Shown: positions 11,440 through 23,093 of the stretch, in pieces
Numbering within the stretch: position 1 is the stretch's first letter
How the letters are laid out: each line of letters begins with the position of its first letter
From: Mobula hypostoma
Taxonomy: Eukaryota
Direction: 5' to 3'
Assembly: GCF_963921235.1 (NCBI RefSeq)
Contig: NC_086097.1
Span: 75,084,001-75,148,000, forward strand
Length of the DNA stretch: 64,000 bases
Position numbers and translations under genes: made by a program
The notes under the pieces: generated by a model
What the model saw: the letters and a program-made list of their open reading frames with translations, nothing else
Database searches by the model: none
What the model was told of the DNA's origin: nothing

Positions 11440-12082
11440 AAACCATAGAAACCATAGAAACTACAGCACAGAAACAGGCCTTTTGGCTCTTCTTGGTTGT
11501 GCCGAACCATTTTCTGCCTAGTCCCACTGACCTGCACATGGACCATATCCCTCCATACACCTCCCATCCATGTATCTGTCCAATTTATTCTTAAATGTTA
11601 AAAAAGAATCTGCATTTACCACCTCATCTGGCAGCTCATTCCATACTCCCACCACTCTCTGTGTGAAGAAGCTCCCCCTAATGTTCCCTTGAAACTTTTC
11701 CCCCCTCACCCTTAACCCATGTCCTCTGGTTTTTTTCTCCCCTTGCCTCAGTGGAAAAAGCTTGCTTGCATTCACTCTATCTATGTCCATCATAATTTTA
11801 TATACCTCTATCAAATCTCCCCTCATTCTTCTACGCTCCAGGGAATAAAGTCCTAACCTATTCAACTTTTCTCTGTAACTGAGTTTCTCAAGTCCTGGCA
11901 ACATCCTTGTAAACCTTCTCTGCACTCTTTCAACCTTATTTATATCCTTCCTGTAATTTGGTGACCAAAACTGAACACAATACTCCAGATTCGGCCTCAC
12001 CAATGCCTTATACAACCTCATCATAACATTCCAGCTCTTATACTCAATACTTTGATTAATAAAGGCCAATGTACCAAAAGCA
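11440..12082 (-). mobile_element. CR1 LINE 3' end, relatively young
   Basis: Uninterrupted 183-aa ORF2 C-terminus (LYKALVRPNLEYCVQFWSP, LYSLERRRMRGDLIEVYKI, FFTQRVVGVWNELP) and (TTTCTATGG)n tail at ~11440-11462. Confidence 0.95.
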
Positions 12083-12184
12083 ATTCTGGATTAACTCCGT
12101 CTAAAGTATCACTAATATCCATAAAAACTCTGCAGCGGACTGAATTATTCAGTTCTGGTTGCCTTGTTATTGAAAGATCATTGA

Positions 12185-12602
12185 GGATTTTGAGAGGGTG
12201 CAGTGGAGGTTACCAATATGCTGCATTGATCAGAGAACATGTCTGATGAGGAAAGATTGAGTGAGTTAGGGCAAAAAAGAATGAGAAGTGACTTGATCAA
12301 GGTAATGAAAGGTATAGATCGAATGGAGAGCCAGCACCTTTTCCCCAGGGCTGCAATGGTTAATAGCAGGGAACATGCTTATCAGGTAATTGGAGATATC
12401 AGAGGTATGTTTTTTACGCTATGGGGGGAGTTAGAGGCTGATACATTAGACACATTTAAGAGACTTAGATAGACACATGGATGAAATAAAAGTGGAGGGT
12501 TATGGCCTATGGGAGGGAAGGGTTAGATTGATCATGGAGTATATTTAAAGATCGGCAGAATTGGTATATGGTGCTGTAGTGTTCTATGTTCTATTTCTAT
12601 GT
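12185..12602 (+). mobile_element. CR1 LINE 3' end, degenerate
   Basis: RMRSDLIKVMKGIDR..HLFPR-like sequence and TTCTATGTTCTAT tail. Confidence 0.8.
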
Positions 12603-12661
12603 CTGGACAGGAACAGCTCCTTGGATTCATTATGTAATGCACTGAAAGAAATAAGATTTGT

Positions 12662-12730
12662 TAATACGCGCAAGGGATGCTGCAGATGCTGGAAATCCAC
12701 AGCAACGTGCACACAATGCTGGAGGAACTC
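12662..12730 (-). repeat. Penelope-like terminal repeat fragment
   Basis: TGCAGATGCTGGAAATCC...ACACAATGCTGGAGGAACTC is the reverse complement of the repeat at ~14430-14495. Confidence 0.65.
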
Positions 12731-13835
12731 GGCTCCTTGCTGAGGCCAGGTGGCAACTCTCAGGCACCTCCTCTTGAAAAGGACAAAAGGGGTGCTGTTG
12801 TAGTGTGGCAGGCTGACCTCTACCTACATGGCCTACAGAGTTACTTGCTGACACCTGTTGTCTTCTCTGCGTCTCTTATTGCACTTGTGTTTATTTAGCT
12901 TCAAGCATTTCCAGACCACTTCTGCGCTCCTACAGTGAGATTGTACGTTGAGAGCCCATTGCTGATTTTCAGAGTTTGATTCAGCTTAGATGGGTAAAGC
13001 GGTTCTCCTTTAACATAGTGAAATAGCACTGGTGGAATCTTTGAACATAAATACTGTAAATGGATAACAGTGATTCTGTGCAACGTACCTCAGGCTGTTT
13101 TCCTTTTACTCGTGCTATGCATTTCATCCTCAATCTCTCGAAAGGCAAAGAATGTTCCCAAATGAATGCCTATCACAGCTAGCAGGGGCTGCTTCAATTT
13201 CAGAGGTCAACTATTGTTTAGGAGATGGGAAACATGGGGAGTAATCTCAAAAATGGCAAAAGATAAGTGAAACTTAACAAAAAAGGAAAACTTAAAACAA
13301 AAAACATCAAACCAGTCTCATACTGTTGGACTGTAGATAATGTTGCTTTAGGATACATTTGCTGAAAAATGCAAAAGAATATTTTTAAGTCCTTAGTGCA
13401 ATACAAGTATTTCAGATTGCTACCCTTGCTTTTTCAATTGTCCAACCTGAAGATTCTAGCTCCCCTTTCAGTCAAGTACTGTGTAGACATTCTCGCCAAT
13501 AAATCCACATATTCTAAGCAAAATTAATAAGGGGAACACCATGTGATGCATGGACGCGACATTCCTTATTGCAATGTTTGGGGTGTACTTGAAATGAAGC
13601 TCTAGCTTGAAAAAGCAGCAGACAATTTATACACAGCATGGTCCCACAGACAGCAAATCAAAACTGGCTGCATAGTGTGTTTTTGTGTCTTGGTTAAAGG
13701 GAGTATATCAGCCAGAACCCCAAGGATATGACCCCTTTATCTTCTGGAATCTTTTATACCCACTTAAAATGACAGATGTAGCCTTGGAATAATATCTCTT
13801 CTGAAAAACAGCATCGCCATATCATTCCCTCAACA

Positions 13836-13838
<3 letters not shown>

Positions 13839-13876
<38 letters not shown>
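13839..13876. repeat. (CA)19 microsatellite
   Basis: Direct read. Confidence 0.98.
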
Positions 13877-13878
<2 letters not shown>

Positions 13879-14365
13879 GATCTATGCAAGGGAATAAACA
13901 ATCAATGTTTTGGGCTGAGATCCTTCATCAGGGCTGGAAAGGAAGAGGGCAGAAATGAGAATAAGAATGTAGGATGAGGAGAAGGAATACAAGCTGGCAG
14001 CTGATAGCTGAGGCCAGGGTGAATGGATGGGAGACAGGGATGAAGTGAGAAGCTGGGAGGTGATAGGCAGAAGAGGTAAAGGGCTGAAGAGGGAGAAGAA
14101 GGAATCTAATAGGAGAGGCCAGTGGACCATGTAAGAAAGGGTAGGAGGTGAGTAACCAAAGGGAGTTGAGGGGCGGGCAAGGGGAGGAGAAGGGGTGAGA
14201 AGGTAACCAGATGGGGAATGGCAAAAGAGAAGAGGAGCGAGGGGGAGAAATTACCAGAAGTTGTAGAAATGGAAGTTTATGCCATCGGGTTTGAGGCTAC
14301 TCAAACAAAATATGAGCTGTTGCTCCTCCATCACCTCATATTGTGGCTTCTGTCCCCTTTCTATC

Positions 14366-14404
14366 CAGTCCTGATGAAGGACTTCAGCCCAAAACATCAA
14401 CTCT
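14366..14404 (+). ncRNA. Decayed minimal type-I hammerhead ribozyme motif
   Basis: CAGTC-CTGATGA-AGGACTTCAGCCC-AAAA-CA-TC-AACT; the intact form GAAACGTCGACTG is seen in the paralogous copy at 61874-61886. Confidence 0.65.
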
Positions 14405-17173
14405 TTATTCCCCTCCCAAATGCTGCCTGACTTGCTGAGTTCCTCCAGCATTTTGTGTGTGTTGCTCAAGATTTCCAGCATCTGCAGAATCTCTTGTGCA
14501 CATCATTTCCTCAGTACTGCAATGGACCCTCAATTTTGCATTAATGTGATTGACCCTCTGGAGAGGCAATGGAGCCCGCAAACTTTTGACTCAGATCCAA
14601 GATTGCAACCAGCTGAACCAGAGCTGACACACCAGTTGTAATTGAGCCCATTTTATGTGTGCTCGCAGCAGTGATGTTATGTTTAGGGTGCTACAGCCTG
14701 AAAATCATGTCTTAATTTGCTTATTTTCCATACTCTACTCAATCATAAACCTGCTCTCGTCAAATGATTTTAAAATAATATTGTACAGGGAAGCATTTTG
14801 TGCATAAGTGTTAATCTGTCAATAAAAATGCACAAATCAATTTCAATGCTTTAGTCTCATTCAACTAAAATTGTCTGAATGATATCATAACAGCAGGACT
14901 GAATATCATCAAGTGTTGCTGAGGATTGGGATGTGAGATAACTTTCAATAGAAGGTGTACATTTAAAGTAGGTCTCAGACCTATCAATTCAGCCTGCTTT
15001 AGGCCATGCTGAATAAATTTGTTGTTAATCATGTCACTGCCAATGTTGAAAATTCTCCAACCATATTGATTTTTATGGCATTTTTGTGGGTTTGCACTAC
15101 CCTTTCTGCCTTGTTGCAAACCTACAAGTGACACATAATCACATCAGGAAAGATTCAGATACTGTGCACAACAAATGACTGTAAGTAAGTAACTTGTCTG
15201 CAATATTCATGATTAAATGACAAGTATAAGTTAGTACTTTTTTGTGTACTTTGTGTTCCCTTGTCACTCATGTTGGACTCAGTGATAATACACAAGCTGA
15301 TTCTGGGTAGTGTGACATATTTGTACTTCAGAAACAACATTAGCAATTCAGAGACACATGGAGGATTCTTGAGAGTTTTCTAATGTTTGCCCCACATTGA
15401 TGGTACTGATGTCATGCTTTGCAAACTTCATGATGTTACTCAATAGCGGTAAAAAAAAGCAATAGCTTAAATAAATTAATGTAGGTAGACAAATAATTAC
15501 CAACTTTAATTTGAGGCATTGAATAATATATTTGTACACCGTGAAAGTAAGGGGTTTGTTTTAAAAAGTAAATTTTATGATTCAGAAAGCATGGCTGGGC
15601 ATATAACTTAAACTGGCATGTAAATCCCTGTGTTGGAGACTTTCTATAGTTTACGAAAACAGGCATCTGGCAGAAAGGAAAATCCTGTATGAAGTGAACA
15701 TACTGGGACTTCCTGCTGTTTCAGCAGTGCTGTGTCCCTGGGTGAGACATCTGTTGTATAAATATCAGATCATGATACCTTTTTTTGTCTAGAGATTCTC
15801 TTCTTTAAAGCACTATTCCTTTTGTTCCTCAGCATGCATTTGTAATATCTTCTGAATGTATTTTATTAATACTGGGCTATTTTCTTATGGAGTGCAGATG
15901 AAAAGTCCTTATTCAGGATTTTAAGAAAAAAAATCATTGCAACCTTGATTAAATTTCTTCACTTCCTTTGAGGCATAGTATAGATCCAGATGTTATCCCT
16001 TTCACACATGCTGGGTGACAGTGTATCATCGTGACCCTTTCTTTTGTAAAAGCCCATGGCACCATCTCTGCGGTAATGACTACACTAGCCTCCGGCCTGA
16101 CCACAGCTGTCTGCATACAATTTTTTTTTCTGTATCCTCCTTGTTATTTGCCATCGTCTCTCAGTGAAGCAGATTTTGATCAAGAGGACATTAGATTACC
16201 TTCTTTAAGTCCCCTATTTTAAAAGAGTCAACAACAATTCAACAAAAATTCTATTTAAAAACAAATGTTAATAAGTTCTGTCTGCCATGTTAATATGTAA
16301 GTAATTCTTTTGGATATGAAAATTGTCAAAATAAGTGATTCATATGCATATGCTGAGGCTCTATGCATTCGATATCACAAACTTAAATCATATATCATCA
16401 AAACTACATAACAAGGAAAACAGTCACACAATGATTGGTCATTTAAACAATCTGTGGTTTGTTTTAGCTAATTACTGCACATTACTCTTGCTAACTGATC
16501 AGATTTCTTGTGATTAAGTTCTTTCAATGAAGTTTATCCCATTCCTTCAGTTAATTAAACTCATCTCATCATGAAAGCTAGTCATCATTCAGCATTCTGG
16601 ACAAGTGTCCATTTGAATGAGGAGCAGCTGGCTATATATTTGTGGTAGCCGCACGTTGCATCTGCAGGTGACCGCCACTTAAGGTTTCTGGATATTGATT
16701 AGATGCAGAGGTCAATTTTATCCTCTGCTCAGTTTACTTTCCAGAGACCAATTCATAGGCCTCTCCAAATGACCACTAACTCAGAATATACATCATTGGA
16801 CTTTGAAAACGAAGTGCATTTAGTTGCCTCTCATCTTGAGCCAGTTTCTCTGGGAAAGAAACTGTATTGATTGAATGAGCAGTTATGCTTCAACACTAAC
16901 GAAAACTAAGATAATTTAACCTGTGACGGATTCTTTTCTGTCAGTGTTGTTTTTTATGTCACTGCAGTTGATACACTTGGGTCTTGTTCTCGTACATAAC
17001 ACATGAAATATTTGCAATTACAAAGCCTCTAGATAAAATTAACCTCGAAAGTTTCATAAGTAGTGTAATACATATTGTGCCATTTTCTATTTGCTACAAT
17101 TCTCAAGATGGTGGTTGGCAGCTTGTTGTCACTCATGTTTTTCATTATTTTGTCAGTCACACTAAAAAGCTTG

Positions 17174-17751
17174 TGTAATGTGCTGTAAGGTTTCACTGCT
17201 AATGTAATGGCTTCTTTGTAATGTTCACTGCTGAGGTAACGGTTTCTCTGCAGCAGCAATGTTTGGGTTATGGCTGGAGATAACAGGATGCATGTTAGCC
17301 AATAAGAAATTTTTGCTGTGTCTTGTGAGTCTGGAAAGATGTTTTCTCGCGGTCTTTTATTGAGGAGAGATGAAGAGGGAAGATGCGTGTGGAGGGATCT
17401 GGTCGACCACTGGACGGAGTGGACTGGGATCTGAGCGTCCAATTGTCGGCGACGTTCAGAGGAGACCAATGGTGGAAGAATGGCGACTGAGTGAGCTCCA
17501 AAATGACTTTGACTTGACTTTGGACCCTTTCTTTTATTTTGTTTATTTTCATTACTAACCCTATATTCAGATTAAAATTCATAGATTTCAATCATTTAAT
17601 TGCATATAGTGTACTGTCTGATATTTTGCATTGTGGGATTGTAACTGGGGGTACATTACACAGCATCCACACAAACATGATTACCCAGTTTGGCGGGGCC
17701 GATGGCTGATTCCTCTAGACGAACATGAGCTGGGTGAGCCTGAGGGTTATA
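17174..17751 (+). repeat. 5' LTR
   Basis: TGTAATG...GGGTTATA, direct repeat of 23653-24229 with scattered, mostly transition, differences. Confidence 0.95.
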
Positions 17752-17755
17752 CTTG

Positions 17756-17775
17756 TGGGGGCTACGTCCTGGATT
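17756..17775 (+). promoter_or_regulatory. Primer binding site, tRNA-Pro type
   Basis: TGGGGGCTACGTCCTGGATT versus the complement of the tRNA-Pro 3' end TGGGGGCTCGTCCGGGATT (one insertion, one mismatch). Confidence 0.8.
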
Positions 17776-17779
17776 GATT

Positions 17780-19189
17780 CTGTTGGATGCTGTGTGATTG
17801 CCCTGTTTAAATCAGTGCTGGTAATTAATGCGTGCGTGTTGAGTGGGGTGGATATTCGTACTCTAGATGAATTGTTAATTCCATTTTTGAGTATGTTTAA
17901 AGCTGTTGGCAAAGTTGAAATCGTAGCGCGATGGTTTGATAAAATTGCGGGCTCAGACCTTATTTTAGTTCAGACTAGCGCTGACATAATGGTGAGGTGG
18001 GGCCATGGCCTGTCCATACTGTCAGGGAGGAGGAGAAGGGAGCCCAGCAGGCTGGGTCACAAGCTGAGTTACCCGCAGTTGGGGGCGGAGATTTCAGAGA
18101 CAGGGTTCTATTTTTTCTGAGGAGTGAGGGGAAAGAGTGGTTGGATTTGGAAAGTTTAATTAGTCCACATCCCCCAGTGAAGAGTGAGGGTTCTGAGTTG
18201 GCATCAGCCCTTACTTCCCTGTCGAATAAGCGGCCCAGTGTACAGGCAGCGGGTCCCCGCTGGAAGCTAAGAATTTTCTCTGGAGTAACAACCATCCCCG
18301 AGGGGGAGGAGGAGTATGAGACGTGGGTGGAGCAGACCTCTTAGTTGTTGAGTGAGTGGCAGTGCTCTGATGACGAAAAGCAACAGGGATTGGTTGAAAG
18401 TTTGAAGGGGTTAGTGGCTGATGTAGTGAGAGGTGTGACAGTTAACCAACCCTCTGCTCCCTTTGCTGAGTATCTAGATGCTTTGGAGAGCGCTCTTGGT
18501 GTGACAGGGAGCACACTGGAGATCCTGGAGGGGTTTGAAAACATGTGTCAGGAGAATGGGGAGAAGCCTTCCGTGTACCTTTCTCGGCTAGAGAGACAGC
18601 ATAAGTGTTTGCGGCGCTGGGGGGCGGAGGGGGGGTTCATTCAAGGGGCTGAGGTGGATAAGTTAGGGATGTACCAGATAGCCAAGGCTGCCCTGCCTCA
18701 GGACATGACTGCTTGGGGTCTCCGGTAGTCCTGTAAAACGTGGCCCCCTCCCCCCATTTGTTCAGCTGATCACAGAGTTGCAGGAGGAGGAGAACGTGTT
18801 GGGGCCACGAGAGGACTCCATCATCAGGGTACAGTCCTCGGTAGCAGCCCCTTGTGGTGAAGTGACTGGGGCCAGCCCAACCCGGGAAATGGTGAAGGAG
18901 ATGGTGGCAGAGCTGAGAACTGAGATGTCCCGGGTGTTAACAGCGGGTGTGGACCCTCCGTATGATAGGACTGGTAGAGAGAGCCCCCTCACTAAAGGGA
19001 CGGACTACACAGAGGGCTGCGAGTGGCCGGGGTTCCGCGAGAAGAGGGGCGGCTGGTAGCTTGTGCTATAACTGTGGGGAAGGGGGACACTTCCGGCGGG
19101 AATATGAGTGGCAGGAAGCCCCTCGGAGAGCGAGCCCCTGGGTATCTAAGCAGGAAGAGGTGTCAGGAAACTTAGAGGAGACCCAGTGA
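17780..19189 (+). pseudogene. gag: gag, PNMA (paraneoplastic Ma)-like capsid plus zinc knuckle, disrupted
   Basis: KLRIFSG....PEGEEEYETWVEQ, WQCSDDEKQQGLVESLKG, QENGEKPSVYLSRLE, CYNCGEGGHFRRE; several stops and frameshifts. Confidence 0.85.
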
Positions 19190-19225
19190 GGGAACGGCCT
19201 GGTGTCTCTGGGGGAACACGTTCTC
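19165..19225 (+). promoter_or_regulatory. -1 programmed ribosomal frameshift signal (slippery heptamer plus H-type pseudoknot)
   Basis: A GGA AAC in the gag frame, 6-nt spacer, stem1 GAGACCCAG/CTGG(T)GTCTC, stem2 GGGAACG/CGTTCTC. Confidence 0.7.
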
Positions 19226-22200
19226 AGCGATGTACCAAGGAACCCCTGAAAGCAAAAGACCCTATTCCTGAAGGCTTAGTGGACCCCGCTCCAGAGTGTC
19301 GCTACGGATAGAGGGAATATATGCTAAAGCCATACTCGACACTGGGTCGCAGGTCACGTTACTGTACCGTTCATTTTACAACCAGTATCTGAAGCATTTA
19401 CCCTTGACACCATTCAGTGCACTGGAGATTTGGGGTATCAGTGCTGGTGATTATCCGTACGACGGTTATTTGTCAGTGAAACTGGAGTTCTTGGAGGCCA
19501 ATGTGGGAGTGTCTGAGGTCTTTGATACATTGGTGCTGGTTTGTCTGGACCCTGTTGAGAAGGGCGACATTTCAATTCTGGTGAGGACCAACACCCCTCT
19601 CGTGAGGAGGCTCATGGGGGCCTTGCAAGGAGAAGGCTGGTGAGAGCTTTCTGGGAACATTGTCCGTGTACCTGGGGATTTGAGCTGCTTTTGAGGAAGC
19701 ACGTGGCAGCATTGGGCCGGATACCGAATTTAGACAAGGGACTATGTGGTTCACCCAGTCAAAGCAAATGGTGATACGGCCCGGGGAAGTAGCGAGAGTG
19801 ATGGAGACCCCCAAATTTCCCGGAGTGCCTGAGGACAAAGTCCTCTTCGTGGACACTCTGGAAGACCAAGCGGAGGAGTCAGGATTTCCTGCTGGGGTAC
19901 TGGTGAGGCCAGAATTGCAGAAGCCCTCGATTGTACAGGCGAGCAGGATGGCAGTGATTGTCAGGAACTCTACGAAGAGGGAGATCACCTTCAAGCAGGG
20001 GATGCCCCTGGCGCATCTGTTCCCGTTGATGGTAATGTCTAGTGTCCCTGTGAGGCACACCGGGGAGAAACTATTGGAAAAGGGGGGAAGTTGACTGCTG
20101 AGTTATTCAACTTCGGGGACTCCCCTGTGCCACTGGGTTGGAAAAGGAGGTTGGTAGAGAAGATGTTGAAGCTGGAAGGTGTCTTTTCCCTTGGCGAGTT
20201 TGATGAGGGTTGTTCCAAGAGCACTCACCATACTATCCAGGTGACCGAGGACACTCCGTTTAGAGAGAGGTCGTGGCGACTGGCCCCTGCAGACGTGGAG
20301 GACGTTCAGCAGCATCTGTGTAAGTTGAAGGAAGCTGAGATCATCACTGAGTTCTGAAGCCCCTGTGCGTCCCCAATAGTAGTGGCCCAGAAGAACGGAA
20401 AGGTACATGTGTGTGGACTATAGGACACTGAACAGGTGCATCGTCCCTGACCAGTATTCGGTCCCGAGGATCGAAGATGCACTGGCCTGTCTGAGTGGTG
20501 CGAAGTGGTTCAGTATGCTGGATTTGAGGAGTGGATATTACCAGATCCCCATGAGTGAGGCTGACAAAGAAAAGATGGCATTTATATGCCCCCTGGGATT
20601 CTTCCAGTTCGCAAGGATGCCCCAGGGCATATCGGGAGACCCTGCAACCTTCCAGCGGGTCATGGAGAAGATGGTGAAGGATATGAATTTGCTTGAGGTG
20701 TTGGTGTACTTGGATGACCTCATAGTATTTGGATCCACCTTGGAAGAACGTGAAGCGAGGCTGCTGAAGGTGCTCAGCTGCCTGAAAGCTGAAGGGTTAA
20801 AACTTTCCCTGGACAGGTGCCAGTTCTGCAAAACGTCTGTTAGCTATGTCTCACTGTATAGAGTAGCTACAGATCTGGCTAAAATCGAGGCAGTGACCAC
20901 TTGGCCAAGGCTCTAGACTGTGAGCGCTCTGTACTCGTTCCTTGGGTTCTGTGGTTATAATCGGAGATTCATGAAGGGCTACGCCAATGTGAGTCACCCC
21001 TTGAATCAGCTTCTGTGTGGTTACCCTCCCTCGGGGAAGAAAGGGAAGGAGGAAAAGGACAGGAGGATGGAGAATATCTAAACCCATCTGAGCCCTTTGG
21101 ACAGAGGTGGGATGTAAAATGTGAGGAGGCTTTTCAGTTGCTGAAGGAGTTGCTGACCTAGGCGCCGGTGCTGGCTTTTGCGGACCCTCGATTGCCTTAT
21201 GTACTGCACACAGATGCCAGCCAAGATGGTTTAGAGGGCATCCTGTATCAGGAACAGCACATCAGGTTGAGGCCTGTGGTATTGTCAGCCGGAGTTTGTC
21301 GCCCTCTGAGAGAAACTATCCCATGCACAAGTTGGAATTCCTGACGTTGAAATGGGCGGTGGTGGATAAGCTGAGTGACTATCTCTACGGGGCCAAGTTT
21401 GTGGTAAGGATGGTCAACAATCCCCTAACTTGTATCCTGACCTTGGTGAAACTGGATACCACAGGCCATCGGTGGTTGGCAGAGTTGTCTGCCTATGATT
21501 TCAGCCTGAAGTACCAGCCGGGGAGCAGGAACATTGATGCGGATGCTTTGTCCCGATGTGTGCATGAGGGACTGGACAGAGACGAGGAGCAGGAGATCAT
21601 TCCTGCCCCTGGGGTGAAGGCCATATGTCAGTTTGCCATCACCGTGAAGGCAGAGGAAAAGGAGAGGCAGGATCGAGCGGTGGATCACTTGGGGGCTTCT
21701 GATGATGCCATTCCCCAAGTTCACTGTAACCTGACTACTCTGAAGACAAATCAGCTGCCGGAATTGAGTTCTGTGGAAGTGGCAGCTACTCAGCGAGATG
21801 ATCCGGGCATTGGTACTATTTGGTCCGCGGTTGAAAAGGGAGACGTGGCTCAGGTGGAGAAGACAAAACATGCTTCGTGCCTCCATTACTGAAAGAAAGG
21901 CCTCGGTTGGAGTTGAAGGACCAGATCTTATATCGGGTCACGTCACCCCCGGACCAACCACGGCGTTGCCAGTTGGTTCTGCCCGAGCAGTATCGGAGGA
22001 TTGCGTTGAAGTCACTTCATGATGATTCTGGACTTTTGGGGGTGGAAAAGACCTATGGATTGCTCAGAGACTGGTTTTGCTGGCCCCGAATGAAGCCCAA
22101 GGTCGAAGAATACTGCAAGTCATGCATTCGCTGCATATGGCGGAAGACACTGCCTACATGGGCAGCTCCTTTGTCCCACTTGCAGAGTGCAGGGCCCCTG

Positions 22201-23093
22201 GACCTGGTGTGTATGGATTTCCTGTCAATAGAACCCGATGCCAGCAACAGGGCGAATGTCTTAGTCATCACAGACCAGATATGCTCAGGCTTTTCCTACC
22301 AAGGATCGGAGGGTGACTACGCTGCCAAAAGTGTTTTGGGAGAAGTATTTCATTTATTATGGCCTTCCCAGGAAGATACATAATGATCAGGGATGGGACC
22401 TCGAGAGCAGACTCATCTATGAGTTACTGGGCATTCTTGGGGTTGAGAAGTCGAGGACCACGCCCTATCACCCGCAGGGTGATTCCCCAGCCAGGGAGGT
22501 TTAATCGGACCTTGCTAGACATGCTCGGGAACCTGGAGATCAGCAAGCAGAGCAGGTGGAGTCAACATATTGGGCATATGGTTCACTGTTACAACTGTAC
22601 ACGAAATGAAGCTACTGGGTACTTGCCATATTATCTGATGTTTGGGCGCGAGGTGAGGGTGCCCACTGACCTTTGTTTTAGGAATGACGAGGGTGACTTA
22701 CCACCGAAGCCTTATCTGAAATATGTGTCTGATTTGAGGAGAGAGCTGAAAAGGGCTAATGAATTAGCTGGGGTTGCGGCGGCCAAGCAGAATCGAGGAA
22801 ATAAGAGGAGGTATGATCAGAAGGTGAGGTTCTCCCAACTCCTGCCTGGAGACCAAGTCCTCATAAGAAACTTGGGACGACCTGGAAAGCACAAGTTGGC
22901 TGACCGCTGGGCGGCTATGCCCTATGTGGTGGACAGTCAGATGCCAAACCTACCAGTTTTCCAGGTGAAACCAGAGGAGGAGAATGGGCCTGTCAAGATT
23001 CTCCATCGGAACCACCTGTTGCCCCTGGGAAGAGCGGTGCAGGTAGACCCAGAGCCCGACTTAGAACCTACACCTAGTAAGAGGACTCTGTGA
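19190..23093 (+). pseudogene. pol: pol (protease, RT, RNase H, integrase), disrupted
   Basis: Protease [33 protein letters not shown]; RNase H ERNYPMHKLEFLTLKWAV; integrase LVCMDF, IHNDQG, RTTPYHPQG. Confidence 0.92.

Larger units (their letters stand above)
13833..14501. mobile_element. Penelope-like element insertion with inverted terminal repeats
   Basis: Minus-strand arm encodes a GIY-YIG-like C-terminus (EEQQLIFCLSSLKPDGINFHFYNF) plus terminal repeat; a plus-strand arm covers ~14335-14497. TSD ATCATT(C/T)CCTCA at 13821-13832 and 14502-14513. Confidence 0.8.
13590..14632 (-). mobile_element. Deu-domain SINE (SacSINE1/AmnSINE-related), split by a Penelope-like insertion
   Basis: ACAGCATGGTCCCACAGACAGCAA ... 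GAATCTTTTATACCCAC ... CCTCAGTACTGCAATGGA ... CTTTTGACTCAGA resembles the Deu-SINE consensus as I recall it; the two halves join across the TSD. Confidence 0.6.

Noticed and set aside
12845..12998. Splice-acceptor-like tract followed by a possible exon
   Set aside because: All three frames hit stops before the GTAAAG candidate donor; no independent support, although a non-coding exon cannot be excluded.
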